A model generated the notes under the pieces. The model saw only the letters and a list, made by a program, of their open reading frames with translations. It was not told the origin of the DNA and made no database searches. Made by a program: the position numbers and the translations under genes. Of a stretch of 64,000 bases of DNA, positions 30,608-41,071 are shown piece after piece. Origin of the DNA: Gammaproteobacteria bacterium (GTDB taxonomy: Bacteria; Pseudomonadota; Gammaproteobacteria; UBA4575); NCBI GenBank assembly GCA_022824965.1, contig JAJDYY010000008.1, forward strand, positions 449,482 through 513,481, read 5' to 3'. Numbering within the stretch: position 1 is the first letter of the stretch; every line of letters begins with the position of its first letter.

Positions 30608-31423
30608 TTACCCGAGGCGACCCGCCCCGAAGTAAATTTCATCCATCTCTTTTTTCAACCGCAATTCCAGGGCATCCCGCTCATCCTTCTGGAATTCGTG
30701 TGTGTGCTTCCCAAACAAATAGTCGCCGAGCCTGAAGTCAAGCCGCTTCATCCGGGTGTGGAAGGTGCTTGTCTGCATCACATTCATATCGGTCATCTGG
30801 TAGCGGTGCCTGGTGTCCTTGGACAAAAAGTCCCGGATGGATGCTATTTCATGGTCGGTGTAGTGCTTTTGTCCTAGAACGTCCCGGGTAAAACCGCGAA
30901 CCCGGTAATCCAGAACAACGACATCCTCGTCGAAGGCTTCAATGAGGTAATCCAGCGCGTTAAGTGGAGACACCTCGCCGCAGGTGGAGATGTCCATGTC
31001 CACACGAATCGTGTGAATGCCATCATCCGGGTGACTTTCTGGGTAGGTGTGTGCGGTCACATGGCTCTTATCCAGATGTGCGACGGTGCACTGCTGCATG
31101 GCGATACCCTGATTCCCCGAAGGCAAGCCGGACATGGCTGTATCAGGTAACACGGGTTCTTCGGCGATCAGGCAGGCAACGCTGGACCCGCGAGGCTCGT
31201 AGTCGTACGCCGACATATTCAAGATGTCGGCGCCAATGATGCCTACCACCTCACTAAGTACCTGCTGCAGGCGTTTTGTGCTGTAAGCCTCATCGATGTG
31301 CTGCAGATAGTCTTGCCGGTCCGCCAGGGTGTGTGCATAACGGATGTTGTAGAAATTGACACTCAGGGTTTTGGTCAGGTTGTTAAAACCGTGAAGTTTG
31401 ATTTTTGTGTGATCTGTGTTCAT
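30608..31423 (-). CDS. speD: S-adenosylmethionine decarboxylase proenzyme (E. coli type)
   Basis: Strong similarity to enterobacterial SpeD (KLHGFNNLTKTLSVNFYNI..., IIGADILNMSAYDYEPRGSSVACLIAEEP) and 271 aa. Confidence 0.9.
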   Translation of the reverse strand: MNTDHTKIKLHGFNNLTKTLSVNFYNIRYAHTLADRQDYLQHIDEAYSTKRLQQVLSEVVGIIGADILNMSAYDYEPRGSSVACLIAEEPVLPDTAMSGLPSGNQGIAMQQCTVAHLDKSHVTAHTYPESHPDDGIHTIRVDMDISTCGEVSPLNALDYLIEAFDEDVVVLDYRVRGFTRDVLGQKHYTDHEIASIRDFLSKDTRHRYQMTDMNVMQTSTFHTRMKRLDFRLGDYLFGKHTHEFQKDERDALELRLKKEMDEIYFGAGRLG

Positions 31424-31461
31424 GGGCGACTCGGCAACGACGCGCGCAAGAGGCTGATTCC

Positions 31462-31890
31462 CTACGTACCCGTATCCTTTGCAAGGACTTCATAGTCGTA
31501 GGTGATATCCACGCTGTCGCGCAACATCATGATCACCGAGCAGTACTTCTCAACGGACAGTGCCACGGCCCGGTGGACGCGCCTGTGATCCAGGTCCGGC
31601 CCCGCAACAATAAAGTGCAGGTGCACCTTGGTGAAGACCGCGGGGACTGCATCTGCACGCTCTGCCTGCAGTTCAACCTCACAATTCTCCACAGGCTGTC
31701 TTGCCTTCTTCAGGGTATGCACCACATCGAAGGCACTGCACCCGCCCATACCCACGAGTATCATTTCCATGGGGCGTGCTGCCAGGTTTTGACCACCATG
31801 GTCAGGAGGACCGTCCATGGCGACCGTATGCCCGCTGCCGGTTTCAGCCTCAAATCTCATGTGGTCAGTCCATCGTACTCGTACCTTCAC
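31462..31890 (-). CDS. OsmC/Ohr-family peroxiredoxin-like protein
   Basis: OsmC fold signature with the two conserved Cys (GMGGCSAFDV ... EKYCSV) and 142 aa. Confidence 0.85.
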   Translation of the reverse strand: MKVRVRWTDHMRFEAETGSGHTVAMDGPPDHGGQNLAARPMEMILVGMGGCSAFDVVHTLKKARQPVENCEVELQAERADAVPAVFTKVHLHFIVAGPDLDHRRVHRAVALSVEKYCSVIMMLRDSVDITYDYEVLAKDTGT

Positions 31891-32004
31891 TTTCTTTGCC
31901 TGCCTGTTTACTCACGAAAACATGGGAATGATCTGCTAAATCTCGCCTTCTCGCACACGCGCGACCTTGCCACAAGAAACCGATGGCGTGAAATCCACAA
32001 CTCT

Positions 32005-32547
32005 CTATCGACTCATGATCTGTGCCAGCAGTCTTTGGTAGGATTCGTGGACATCCTTTCCAAACAGCGGGTCTTCGACCTTGGCGATGACGCGATCAAT
32101 TTGCTGCCAATCCTCTTTGCCGAGTTTGGAATCCAGCATGGGGTATACGTGGGCCTCTTCGCGGTCAATGTGCTTTCTTTGTATGGAAATGTACTCCTCC
32201 AAAATTGCACAAAGCTCTCCCCTTTCCTGAAGATGCCCTGCCAAGGCATTTTGTAGAGCTTCAAAAAGCCTGTCAGTAAGCAAAGGCATGTCATCATGCT
32301 CAAGAAGCAGGTCATGTATGTGTTCATGCTCGTGCTCGTAGTGTTCCAGGAAATACTTGAAAATGGTGTTCTCCATCGGGTGATGAACACAATCAGGGTA
32401 TTCCTTCATGTACCTGACTGCATCCAGGGTTGTATCGAGATCCGACACCTCACAGTCTTCCAGCAAATGAAGCTGCCCTTCCAGGATATTCAGAAGCTTG
32501 TCGAAATTGATGTGATCTACATGCAGTTTTTCAAGTATAGCTTCCAT
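32005..32547 (-). CDS. Hemerythrin HHE cation-binding domain protein
   Basis: His/Glu-rich helices (HHPMENTIF, HYEHEHEHIHDLLLEHD, REEAHVYPML) typical of bacterial hemerythrin-like proteins. Confidence 0.8.
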   Translation of the reverse strand: MEAILEKLHVDHINFDKLLNILEGQLHLLEDCEVSDLDTTLDAVRYMKEYPDCVHHPMENTIFKYFLEHYEHEHEHIHDLLLEHDDMPLLTDRLFEALQNALAGHLQERGELCAILEEYISIQRKHIDREEAHVYPMLDSKLGKEDWQQIDRVIAKVEDPLFGKDVHESYQRLLAQIMSR

Positions 32548-32662
32548 GGCCGGTATGCAATGTTATCTTGAAAGTGCTCGTTCCATGAGCTTAACCCGGG
32601 ATACCGCACAAAAAAAGCGAGCCACTGCCCTTTGTACCCCGATCACGCTTCCATCCACCCAC

Positions 32663-33691
32663 TTAATATGGCCCGCTGGGCTGTTCATCGTCTTCTTGAA
32701 CACGTAATACGGCGGCACCGTTCAGTTTTCCGCAACGCAAATCATTTAGCGCCTGATTGGCTTCTGTCAGAGGGTATGGGCGAATATGCGTGTAGACCGG
32801 CATTTGCCTGACAGACTCGAAAAACTCTATTCCATCCCGTCTCGTCAGGTTTGCCACCGAGCTGATTTGCCGTTCACCCCAAAGAGTTGCATATGGGAAG
32901 GACGGGATATCACTCATATGGATCCCGCCACACACCACTGCACCGCCTTTGCGCAGACTGCGCAAAGCCTGTGGGACCAAATTTCCTGCAGGTGCAAAAA
33001 TAATGGCGCTGTCCAGCAGATCCGGCAGGGTCTGGTCCGAATCTCCCGACCAAGCTGCACCCAACTGATCTGCAAACCGCTGTGCGTCCACATCACCCGG
33101 TCGTGTGAATGCATAAAAATCGCTGCCACGGTTGACAATGACTTGCGCAAGAATATGTGCCGCTGCACCGAAACCAAATAGACCGATTTTTCGGTTTCGG
33201 CGGCATAATGCATCCGCAATTTTCAAACAGCGATAGCCAATCAGCCCTGCACACAATAACGGTGCAATCTCTGCTGCGTTGCTTTCACGGGCTACGGGGA
33301 TGCAATACCGGTAATCTGCAAGCGTATAGTCACAATACCCGCCATCCAGCTGGTACCCGGTGAATCGCGCCTGATCGCACAAATTTTCCCTGTCAACTTG
33401 ACAATACCTGCAATTCCCGCATGTCCATCCAAGCCATGGGATACCGACCAGGCTGCCTACCAACTCCGCCGATGCGCCGGACCCAGCACTGACAACTTCC
33501 CCGACGATTTCATGCCCCGGAATAATCGGAGTAGTCACATCCGGCAATTCACCGTCCACCAAGTGCAGATCCGTTCTGCAGACACCACATGCCAAAACCT
33601 TGATCAGCACTTCTTTTGCCTTAGGTTGGGGTATTGGCAATTCAACCAGTTCAAGAGGCTGCCCAACAGCATTCAACACCATGGCCCGCAT
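32663..33691 (-). CDS. Zinc-dependent alcohol dehydrogenase (MDR family)
   Basis: Catalytic Zn motif (GHEIVGEV), structural Zn cysteines (CGNCRYCQ) and a GxGxxG-type nucleotide fold (GLFGFGAAAHI). Confidence 0.85.
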   Translation of the reverse strand: MRAMVLNAVGQPLELVELPIPQPKAKEVLIKVLACGVCRTDLHLVDGELPDVTTPIIPGHEIVGEVVSAGSGASAELVGSLVGIPWLGWTCGNCRYCQVDRENLCDQARFTGYQLDGGYCDYTLADYRYCIPVARESNAAEIAPLLCAGLIGYRCLKIADALCRRNRKIGLFGFGAAAHILAQVIVNRGSDFYAFTRPGDVDAQRFADQLGAAWSGDSDQTLPDLLDSAIIFAPAGNLVPQALRSLRKGGAVVCGGIHMSDIPSFPYATLWGERQISSVANLTRRDGIEFFESVRQMPVYTHIRPYPLTEANQALNDLRCGKLNGAAVLRVQEDDEQPSGPY

Positions 33692-33934
33692 ATACACCCT
33701 ACATCCGATAATTCCCTAGTATCATTTTACCAACTTGAAGCAGGCTTAAATCATCTGTAACTGATTCTTCTCCTCAAAAGGACTGAGGGACAAGGGACGG
33801 GTCCAGTAACTGAAATGGTCCAGTGCTTACGGAGCACCGGGAAGCGAATCGTCAAAAGCCAAAAGTGTATCTGTTCCGTCGGCACGGCAGACTTCAAAAA
33901 CAACGCCTGACAAACCTCGGAAGATGCCACTTTT

Positions 33935-34732
33935 CTAGAAAAACAGCTCCTTCAGTTTTGCGCCGGGTGCTTCGGCAACCATAAAAGCTTCACCCACTAG
34001 AAAAGAGTTGATCCCTTTTCCCGTCATGAGGGCAATATCTTCTCTTGTATGGATCCCGCTTTCAGTGACGACATGACAGGAAGCTGGAATTTCAGGCAGC
34101 AGGTCCAGGGTAGTGTCCAGGGTGGTCTCGAAGCTGTTCAGGTCTCGATTGTTAATTCCAAGCAAACTTGGCTCTATTGCAAGTACACGTTCCAGTTCTT
34201 CCCGGTTGTGAACCTCAACCAGTACATCCAGGCATAACTCCCTGGACAGGTCGTTCAGTTCTGCCATTTCTCCGTCCTCCAGGGCCGCGGCGATCAACAG
34301 CACGCAATCGGCATGGACTGCACGGGTCTCGTACACCTGGTAGCTGTCGATGATGAAGTCCTTGCGCAGGATCGGCAAGTAGCAGGTCTTGCGGGCCAGC
34401 TCAAGGATGGCGCAGGAACCCTTGAAGAAGTGTCCGTCTGTCAGTACGGAAATGCAGGTGGCACCATGCATCTGGTAACTGGCTGCAATCTGCATGGGAT
34501 CGAAATCCTCTCTCAGGATGCCGCGGCTGGGAGACGCGCGTTTGATTTCTGCGATCACCCCCGGACGCTCAGCCTGTTGCGCACCCCGCAAGGCAGACTC
34601 GAATCCCCTGGGTGCCGGAGCCTCCCTAGCCCACTCCTGCATGTTCTGCTCGGAAATGTGCCTTTTGCGCTCTACCAGTTCATCTTTCTTGTGTGCGATG
34701 ATCTTTGCAAGGATTTCGGGCTGTTCAGGCAT
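33935..34732 (-). CDS. trpC: Indole-3-glycerol phosphate synthase
   Basis: TrpC sequence (VIAEIKRASPSRGIL..., SVLTDGHFFKGS..., GINNRDLNSFETTLDTT). The ORF opens at 34849; the Met at 34732 abuts the trpD stop. Confidence 0.9.
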   Translation of the reverse strand: MPEQPEILAKIIAHKKDELVERKRHISEQNMQEWAREAPAPRGFESALRGAQQAERPGVIAEIKRASPSRGILREDFDPMQIAASYQMHGATCISVLTDGHFFKGSCAILELARKTCYLPILRKDFIIDSYQVYETRAVHADCVLLIAAALEDGEMAELNDLSRELCLDVLVEVHNREELERVLAIEPSLLGINNRDLNSFETTLDTTLDLLPEIPASCHVVTESGIHTREDIALMTGKGINSFLVGEAFMVAEAPGAKLKELFF

Positions 34733-34734
34733 TC

Positions 34735-35766
34735 TCAGACATCGTTGGTATATTCCACATACTGCTGGAATTTTTTCCAGGCCGCCCCTCCGGACAATAC
34801 CGAGGCCGCCATCTCCACACCTTCTTCCAGGGTCCGAGCCTTGCCGCATGCATACAGCGCTGCACCTGCATTGAGCCTGACGATTTCAGCAGCTGCATTC
34901 ACCTTGCCACTGAGAGCCGCCTTCACCATTGACAGGCTTTGCCGTGAATCCTGTACCCTGAGATCATCCAGACTGTACTGGTCGATACCGAACTGTGCTG
35001 CCGAAATCCGATAGCGGGTAACCTCCCCATCCCTTAATTCAGCCACTTCCGTTTCGCCGCTGATGCTGATTTCATCCAGGCCGTCTTCGGCATGCACGAC
35101 GAGCACATGTTTGCTTCCAAGCCGGTGCAGCACCTGTGCCAGCGGCTCGACCCATTGGCCTGCAAAGACTCCCAACAGCTGATTGGGAGCACCGGCCGGG
35201 TTGGTTAAAGGACCCAGCAGATTGAACATCGTGCGCACCGCCAAGTCTTTACGCACGCCCACTGCATGCTTCATGGCGCTGTGGTGTGCGGGAGCGAACA
35301 GGAATCCGACACCGACCTCCTCGATACACTGCGCGACCTGCCCGGGCGTCAGTTCCAAATTGGCACCCGCAGTTACCAGCACGTCCGCACTGCCGCTTTT
35401 GCTCGATACCGAGCGGTTGCCATGCTTGGCCACCGAACCGCCCGCGGCAGCCACGGCAAATGCCGCAGCCGTGGAAATGTTGAAGGTCCCCTTTGCATCC
35501 CCTCCGGTACCACAGGTATCCACCAGAAAGTCTGTAGACGCCTCCACCTTGGTGGAAAGCTCACGCATCACGGAGGCCGCCGCGGACAGCTCTGTCACGG
35601 TCTCGCCTTTCATGCGCAGGGCGGTCAGAAAGGCCGCCATCTGGGCAGGGCTAGTCTTGCCGGACATGACCTCGTGCATCACGGCGGTCATCTGTTCCTC
35701 AGCCAGGTGCTGCCCCTCAATCACGCTTGGCAGGACTTGCTGGATCGTCGCGGCTTGCGTACTCAT
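34735..35766 (-). CDS. trpD: Anthranilate phosphoribosyltransferase
   Basis: TrpD motifs (DTCGTGGDAKGTFNISTAAAFVAAAGG, HGNRSVSSKSGSADVL) and 343 aa. Confidence 0.9.
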   Translation of the reverse strand: MSTQAATIQQVLPSVIEGQHLAEEQMTAVMHEVMSGKTSPAQMAAFLTALRMKGETVTELSAAASVMRELSTKVEASTDFLVDTCGTGGDAKGTFNISTAAAFAVAAAGGSVAKHGNRSVSSKSGSADVLVTAGANLELTPGQVAQCIEEVGVGFLFAPAHHSAMKHAVGVRKDLAVRTMFNLLGPLTNPAGAPNQLLGVFAGQWVEPLAQVLHRLGSKHVLVVHAEDGLDEISISGETEVAELRDGEVTRYRISAAQFGIDQYSLDDLRVQDSRQSLSMVKAALSGKVNAAAEIVRLNAGAALYACGKARTLEEGVEMAASVLSGGAAWKKFQQYVEYTNDV

Positions 35767-35767
35767 C

Positions 35768-36352
35768 TCATCGGTTCTGATGAACGAAGTTTGTCAACAG
35801 ATGATGGCCGAAGTCGGTCAGGATTGATTCCGGATGAAACTGCACGCCCTCCACGGCGTACTTCTTGTGGCGCACACCCATGATCTCGTCCAGCTCCCCA
35901 GATTCGGTCTGCGTCCATGCCGTGACCTCCAGGCATTCGGGTACGCTCGTTTTTTCAATCACCAGGGAATGGTAACGAGTGGCCGTGAACGGGTTGTCAC
36001 ACCTTTCAAAGACATGGGTGCCGTTATGGTAGACCTTGGAAGTCTTGCCATGCATCACTTCGCGTGCCCGGATGATTTTCCCGCCGTAGACCTGCCCGAT
36101 GCTTTGGTGTCCCAGGCAAACCCCCAGGATCGGTATCTTTTCCGCTAACGAGGAGATGGCGTTCATTGAAATTCCCGCCTCGTTGGGCGTGCAGGGGCCG
36201 GGTGAAATGACGATGTGGTCCGGGCGCATTGTCTTGATGTCCCCGATACCGATCTGGTCATTGCGCACCACCTTGACGTCTTCACCGATTTCTCCCAGAT
36301 ACTGCACAAGGTTGTAGGTAAAGGAGTCATAGTTGTCGATCATCAATATCAT
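35768..36352 (-). CDS. trpG: Anthranilate synthase component II (glutamine amidotransferase)
   Basis: Class I GATase triad context ([10 protein letters not shown]..., [11 protein letters not shown]) and 194 aa. Confidence 0.9.
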   Translation of the reverse strand: MILMIDNYDSFTYNLVQYLGEIGEDVKVVRNDQIGIGDIKTMRPDHIVISPGPCTPNEAGISMNAISSLAEKIPILGVCLGHQSIGQVYGGKIIRAREVMHGKTSKVYHNGTHVFERCDNPFTATRYHSLVIEKTSVPECLEVTAWTQTESGELDEIMGVRHKKYAVEGVQFHPESILTDFGHHLLTNFVHQNR

Positions 36353-36383
36353 GGCAGCATTGGATTATACGCAATCGCCGGGC

Positions 36384-37850
36384 TCAGATGATCGATGTCG
36401 CAATTTGCGCAGCCCTCATCAGGGCACCTGCCTTGTTGTTCGTTTCATCCCACTCGTTGTCCGGTACGGAATCATGCACGATTCCCGCCCCGGCCTGGAT
36501 GTACAGTTTGCGATCCTTGACCACGGCGGTGCGGATCGCAATCGCCGTATCCATGTTCCCATCCCAGGAAATGTAGCCGACCGCCCCCGAGTAGATGCCT
36601 CTTTTCACGGGTTCGAACTCGTTGACAATTTCCATGGCGCGGATTTTGGGTGCACCGCTTACCGTGCCTGCAGGGAACACCGCCCGGATCACATCGATCG
36701 CATCAAACGGCTCCTTTAGTGTCCCGGTGACATTCGAAACGATGTGCATGACGTGCGAATAGCGTTCGATGATCATCTTGTCCGTCAGGGTCACCGAGCC
36801 GGTATCCGCGACCTTGCCGACATCATTGCGCCCCAAATCGATCAGCATCAGGTGCTCGGCCAGTTCCTTGGGATCCTGCAACAGTTCCTGCTCAACCCTC
36901 TGGTCATGATCGTGATCTTTCCCTCGGGGCCTGGTTCCGGCAATGGGCCGCACCGTGATCTCGCGGTCCTCGAGGCGCACAAGGACTTCGGGGGAGGAGC
37001 CTACGATCTGGAAATCGCCCATGTCCAGATAGTACATGTAGGGAGAGGGATTGACACTGCGCAAGCCCCGGTACAGGTTGATCGGCGGTTCTTCAAAGAC
37101 AGCACTTTGCCGCTGCGAGAGCACAACCTGCATGACGTCTCCCGCGCGAATGTATTCGCGCGTACGTTCCACCGCCTGCTTGAAGGCACTTTCAGGAAAT
37201 TCTGAAGTGAAGATTGGCGGCTGCCTTTGGGTGCAGGTCCTCACCGGAACGGGCACGGGCTCTCGCAAGCTCCGTATCAACTCATCCAGGCGCCGCTGGC
37301 CCTTCTGGTAAGCCTGTTCATCGCCCGGGTCCGCATGCACGATCAAGAACATCCTGCCGCTCAGGTTGTCGAAGACCACCAGCTCCCGGGAGACCATCAG
37401 GAAAATATCGGGTGTCTTCAGGGTATCAGTCTTGGTGATGCCGGCCAGCCTCGGCTCGATGTACTTGACCGTGTCATAACCAAAGTATCCCACCAGGCCC
37501 CCGGTAAAGCGGGGCAGCTCGGGAATGTCCGGCACGCGAAACTGCCGCTTGAACTCGCGTATCCAGCTGAGCGGATCCTGGTTCAGTGTTGACGTTTCAG
37601 GGCAGCCGTCCTGCTCGTGCAGGATCTCTTCTCCAAAAACCTTGATGCGCTCGCTGCACGACAGGCCAATGACGGAATACCGCCCCCAGTTCTCTCCACC
37701 CTGAACGGATTCAAACAGATAGGTGAACGGCCGGTTGGCCAGCTTCAGGTAGGCGCTTAAAGGTGTATAGAGATCGGCCAGGACTTCCCTCAACAGCGGG
37801 ATATGGGTATATCCCTGCTTTTTCAGCGCCTCAAACTCGGTGAGTTGCAC
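36384..37850 (-). CDS. trpE: Anthranilate synthase component I
   Basis: Chorismate-binding family motifs (LIDLGRNDVGKV, FPAGTVSGAPKIRAMEI, YSGAVGYISWDGNMDTAIAIRT) and 488 aa. Confidence 0.9.
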   Translation of the reverse strand: MQLTEFEALKKQGYTHIPLLREVLADLYTPLSAYLKLANRPFTYLFESVQGGENWGRYSVIGLSCSERIKVFGEEILHEQDGCPETSTLNQDPLSWIREFKRQFRVPDIPELPRFTGGLVGYFGYDTVKYIEPRLAGITKTDTLKTPDIFLMVSRELVVFDNLSGRMFLIVHADPGDEQAYQKGQRRLDELIRSLREPVPVPVRTCTQRQPPIFTSEFPESAFKQAVERTREYIRAGDVMQVVLSQRQSAVFEEPPINLYRGLRSVNPSPYMYYLDMGDFQIVGSSPEVLVRLEDREITVRPIAGTRPRGKDHDHDQRVEQELLQDPKELAEHLMLIDLGRNDVGKVADTGSVTLTDKMIIERYSHVMHIVSNVTGTLKEPFDAIDVIRAVFPAGTVSGAPKIRAMEIVNEFEPVKRGIYSGAVGYISWDGNMDTAIAIRTAVVKDRKLYIQAGAGIVHDSVPDNEWDETNNKAGALMRAAQIATSII

Positions 37851-37893
37851 GTCATCTCCATGGTGTCTGTGAGGGTTTGGAAGTCAGGCAGGC

Positions 37894-38565
37894 TTATTCC
37901 ACGCCTGCCAGTTGCTCGCGCATTTGTGAAATGGTGTGCGCATAATCGGGCGCACCGAAGATCGCAGAACCGGCCACAAAGGTATCCGCCCCCGCCGACT
38001 TGATATCTGCAATGTTGTCCACTTTCACTCCCCCATCCACTTCCAGGCGAATGGAAAGACCCGAACGGTCCAGCAATTCCCTCGCGGCCCGGATTTTGTC
38101 CATCACGGACGGGATGAATTTCTGCCCTCCGAACCCCGGGTTGACCGACATCAGCAGGACCATATCGACTTTCTCAATCACATACTCCAGCAAGTCCAAA
38201 GGAGTGGCCGGATTGAATACCAGTCCCGACTTGCATCCCGAGTCACGGACCAGTTGCAGACTCCGGTCGATGTGTTCCGATGCCTCGGGGTGAAACGTAA
38301 TATAGCTCGCCCCGGCCTCTGCAAAACTGGTGATGATCTGGTCCACAGGTTTGACCATCAGGTGAACATCGATCGGTGCCTGAATGCCGTAGCTGCGCAG
38401 GGCCTCGCACACCACCGGGCCAAACGTGAGGTTTGGCACATAATGGTTGTCCATTACATCCAGATGTATGATATCCGCCCCCGCATCAAGCACGGTGGCA
38501 ACGTCCTCACCAAGACGCGCAAGATCAGCCGACAGTATCGAGGGTGCAATCCAGTCCGTTTGCAT
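37894..38565 (-). CDS. rpe: Ribulose-phosphate 3-epimerase
   Basis: Rpe signature ([16 protein letters not shown]..., [22 protein letters not shown]) and 223 aa. Confidence 0.9.
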   Translation of the reverse strand: MQTDWIAPSILSADLARLGEDVATVLDAGADIIHLDVMDNHYVPNLTFGPVVCEALRSYGIQAPIDVHLMVKPVDQIITSFAEAGASYITFHPEASEHIDRSLQLVRDSGCKSGLVFNPATPLDLLEYVIEKVDMVLLMSVNPGFGGQKFIPSVMDKIRAARELLDRSGLSIRLEVDGGVKVDNIADIKSAGADTFVAGSAIFGAPDYAHTISQMREQLAGVE

Positions 38566-38790
38566 GGTTTCAAAACGCTCGTTTCAGGGAACCGCACTTT
38601 AGCCTATAACCATGTAATTTGCAGCCCGGTTCCAGTAAACTTTGCCTGTTCGACGCCTGCCGCTTCCCAACCGGGCGAGCGACAGCAAAGAGAACGCTAA
38701 AAATGGATTTGCCGGCAAACTATCGACCTGCTGCCCCCAACCTCGCCTGCTGCATGCCCGATGAGGCAGAACCAAGCCTAGGCTTTTCCC

Positions 38791-40020
38791 ATGCTTAACC
38801 TCATCTGGCTCAGCTTTTTCATTGCCGGCTTTCTCAGCTGTATCTATCAGGCCCTCGTGCATGATAACGGCGCGATTTTTGCGCAAGTGATCCAGGCGAC
38901 GTTTGATATGGCGGCACTGAGCGTTGAAATTGCCCTCGGACTCATCGGCGTACTCTGCCTGTGGTTGGGATTTTTCACGATTGCAGAACGTGCCGGTTTT
39001 GTGGACCTTCTGGCAAGGATGTTTCGCCCCCTGTTCAGGCATCTCATGCCCGAAGTGCCAAGCAACCATCCCGCCATCGGCTCCATCACCATGAATATGG
39101 CGGCAAACATGCTAGGCCTCGACAATGCAGCCACCCCGCTGGGCCTGAAAGCCATGCAGGATCTGCAGGAACTCAATCCAAGCAAATCCATTGCAAGCAA
39201 TGCACAGATCCTGTTTCTCGTGCTGAACACGTCATCCGTGACCCTGCTGCCCGTGACCATATTCTTGTTTCGTGCACAGCAGGGCTCCGCGGACCCGGCC
39301 GCCGTCTTTATCCCGATCCTGCTGGCAACATCGGCATCGACTTTGGCCGGCCTGCTGCTGGTCGCTTACATCCAGGGGTTGAACCTGCTCAACAGGACCG
39401 TGCTGTCGTATTTCGCCGGACTCGGACTGTTGATTCTGCTGCTGCTCGGTTTTCTGCTGAATGGCCCCCCAGACGGCCTGACCGCGCGATCGAGTCTGCT
39501 GGGCAATCTTCTGCTATTGCTGGTCATCATTTCATTCCTGGCGCTGGGCTATGCACGCAAGGTCAATGTGTACGATGCCTTTATCGACGGGGCCAAACAG
39601 GGCTTTGAGGTAGCCGTGAAAATCATTCCCTATCTTGTGGCCATGCTGGTTGCCATCGGGGTTTTGCGCGCCAGCCTGGTTTTGGATCATGTCCTGGCCA
39701 TCGTTGCAAGTGTGCTGGGTGTTTTCGGGTTGAATACCGACTTTGTCGCAGCCCTGCCCACCGCCCTGATGCGGCCTTTCTCGGGCAGCGGCGCCCGCGC
39801 CATGATGCTGGAAACCATGAATACCTACGGGGTCGATTCATTTGCAGCCAATCTGGCCGCGACCATCCAGGGCAGTACGGAAACCACTTTTTATGTGCTG
39901 GCTGTCTACTTCGGCAGCGTCGGCATACAGCGCGTGCGACACGCCATCGGCTGCGGCCTGTTTGCAGATCTGGCGGGCGTCACGGCTGCCATTGCCGTCG
40001 GGTACTGGTTTTTCGCCTGA
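38791..40020 (+). CDS. Nucleoside-recognition (Gate) domain membrane protein, fused SpmA/SpmB-like
   Basis: 409-aa polytopic membrane protein with two Gate-type repeats (MNMAANMLGLDNAATPLGLKAM... and ...TFYVLAVYFGSVGI). Confidence 0.6.
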   Translation: MLNLIWLSFFIAGFLSCIYQALVHDNGAIFAQVIQATFDMAALSVEIALGLIGVLCLWLGFFTIAERAGFVDLLARMFRPLFRHLMPEVPSNHPAIGSITMNMAANMLGLDNAATPLGLKAMQDLQELNPSKSIASNAQILFLVLNTSSVTLLPVTIFLFRAQQGSADPAAVFIPILLATSASTLAGLLLVAYIQGLNLLNRTVLSYFAGLGLLILLLLGFLLNGPPDGLTARSSLLGNLLLLLVIISFLALGYARKVNVYDAFIDGAKQGFEVAVKIIPYLVAMLVAIGVLRASLVLDHVLAIVASVLGVFGLNTDFVAALPTALMRPFSGSGARAMMLETMNTYGVDSFAANLAATIQGSTETTFYVLAVYFGSVGIQRVRHAIGCGLFADLAGVTAAIAVGYWFFA

Positions 40021-40051
40021 TACCATGCCACTGCCCGAAAACCGGGCGGTT

Positions 40052-41047
40052 CTAATCCTTCAATAGCCTGACCAGGACCCGTCCGCGGATTTCATTATTC
40101 AGGAGCTTTTCAAAAACACCGGGCAAATCCTCCAGATACGCGGTTTGCGCATGGATGCTGGCGATATGACCAGGGTAAAGGTCACTGCCCAGGCGCTGCC
40201 AAATCTGTTTTCTCAGCTCCTGCGGACAATTGGATGAACTGACTCCCAGCAGGTTCACCCCGCGGATGATGAATGGCATCGGCGACAGGCGAAATCCGGT
40301 TCCACCTGCAATCCCAACGCTCACGACATTGCCCCATGGCCGGGTCGCACGCACCAGGTGGCTTAACGTCTCCCCGCCTACATTGTCAATGGCACCGGCC
40401 CAACGGGTCTTCTCCAGTACACCCCCTCCTGACTCTACCCAGTCACGGGCTACTACCTCGTTTGCCCCCAATTCATACAGATAGTCAGACGCTTGCGAGG
40501 ATCCCGTAACCGCCGTGACCTCAAAGCCGAGTTTATGCAGAAGATCCACCGCAAAACTCCCGACTCCCCCGCTGGCACCGGTCACCACCACGGGCCCGTC
40601 GATTGCCTGCTGGTGATTTTCTTGCATCAGATGGATACACAATGCAGCGGTAAAGCCCGCCGTTCCAATCACCATGGCTTGGTCCAGGCGCAACCGGGCC
40701 GGAAGGGGTACGATCCAGTCGGCCCGAACCCGCGCATATTCTGCATAGCCTCCGTCGTGCACTTCACTCAGACCGCTTCCGTTGACAATGACCGCATCAC
40801 CTTGTGAAAACAGGGGACTGGAAGATTCCACTACCTCGCCCGCCAGGTCGATCCCACCGACCAGGGGTGATTTTCTGAGAATTTTTGATTTACCGGTGGC
40901 CGCCAGTGCATCTTTGTAGTTTACGCTGGAGTAATGTACGCGAATGACGACATCGCCTTCGGACAATTGCTCCAGCCCCAGTGGCTCGACCCCGGAATGT
41001 GTACCGCCCTCGTCTGCATGAATACGAAACGCGGAAAACTTTTCCAT
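40052..41047 (-). CDS. MDR-family NADPH-dependent oxidoreductase, YhdH/AcuI (acrylyl-CoA reductase-like)
   Basis: YhdH-type sequence (VIRVHYSSVNYKDALAATGK..., VVTGASGGVGSFAVDLLHKLGFEVTAVTG). The ORF opens at 41065; homology starts at the Met at 41047. Confidence 0.8.
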   Translation of the reverse strand: MEKFSAFRIHADEGGTHSGVEPLGLEQLSEGDVVIRVHYSSVNYKDALAATGKSKILRKSPLVGGIDLAGEVVESSSPLFSQGDAVIVNGSGLSEVHDGGYAEYARVRADWIVPLPARLRLDQAMVIGTAGFTAALCIHLMQENHQQAIDGPVVVTGASGGVGSFAVDLLHKLGFEVTAVTGSSQASDYLYELGANEVVARDWVESGGGVLEKTRWAGAIDNVGGETLSHLVRATRPWGNVVSVGIAGGTGFRLSPMPFIIRGVNLLGVSSSNCPQELRKQIWQRLGSDLYPGHIASIHAQTAYLEDLPGVFEKLLNNEIRGRVLVRLLKD

Positions 41048-41071
41048 GGAATATGGCGGGTTCAAAGCGGA

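Noticed and set aside
31405-32256. 283-aa ORF on the + strand
   Set aside because: It fully overlaps the well-supported OsmC and hemerythrin genes on the opposite strand. It has no recognisable domains and is a typical GC-rich shadow ORF.
35183-35883. Two overlapping 205-214-aa + strand ORFs rich in Arg/Pro/Ala
   Set aside because: They are antisense to trpD and trpG and their composition reflects GC skew, so they are not genes.
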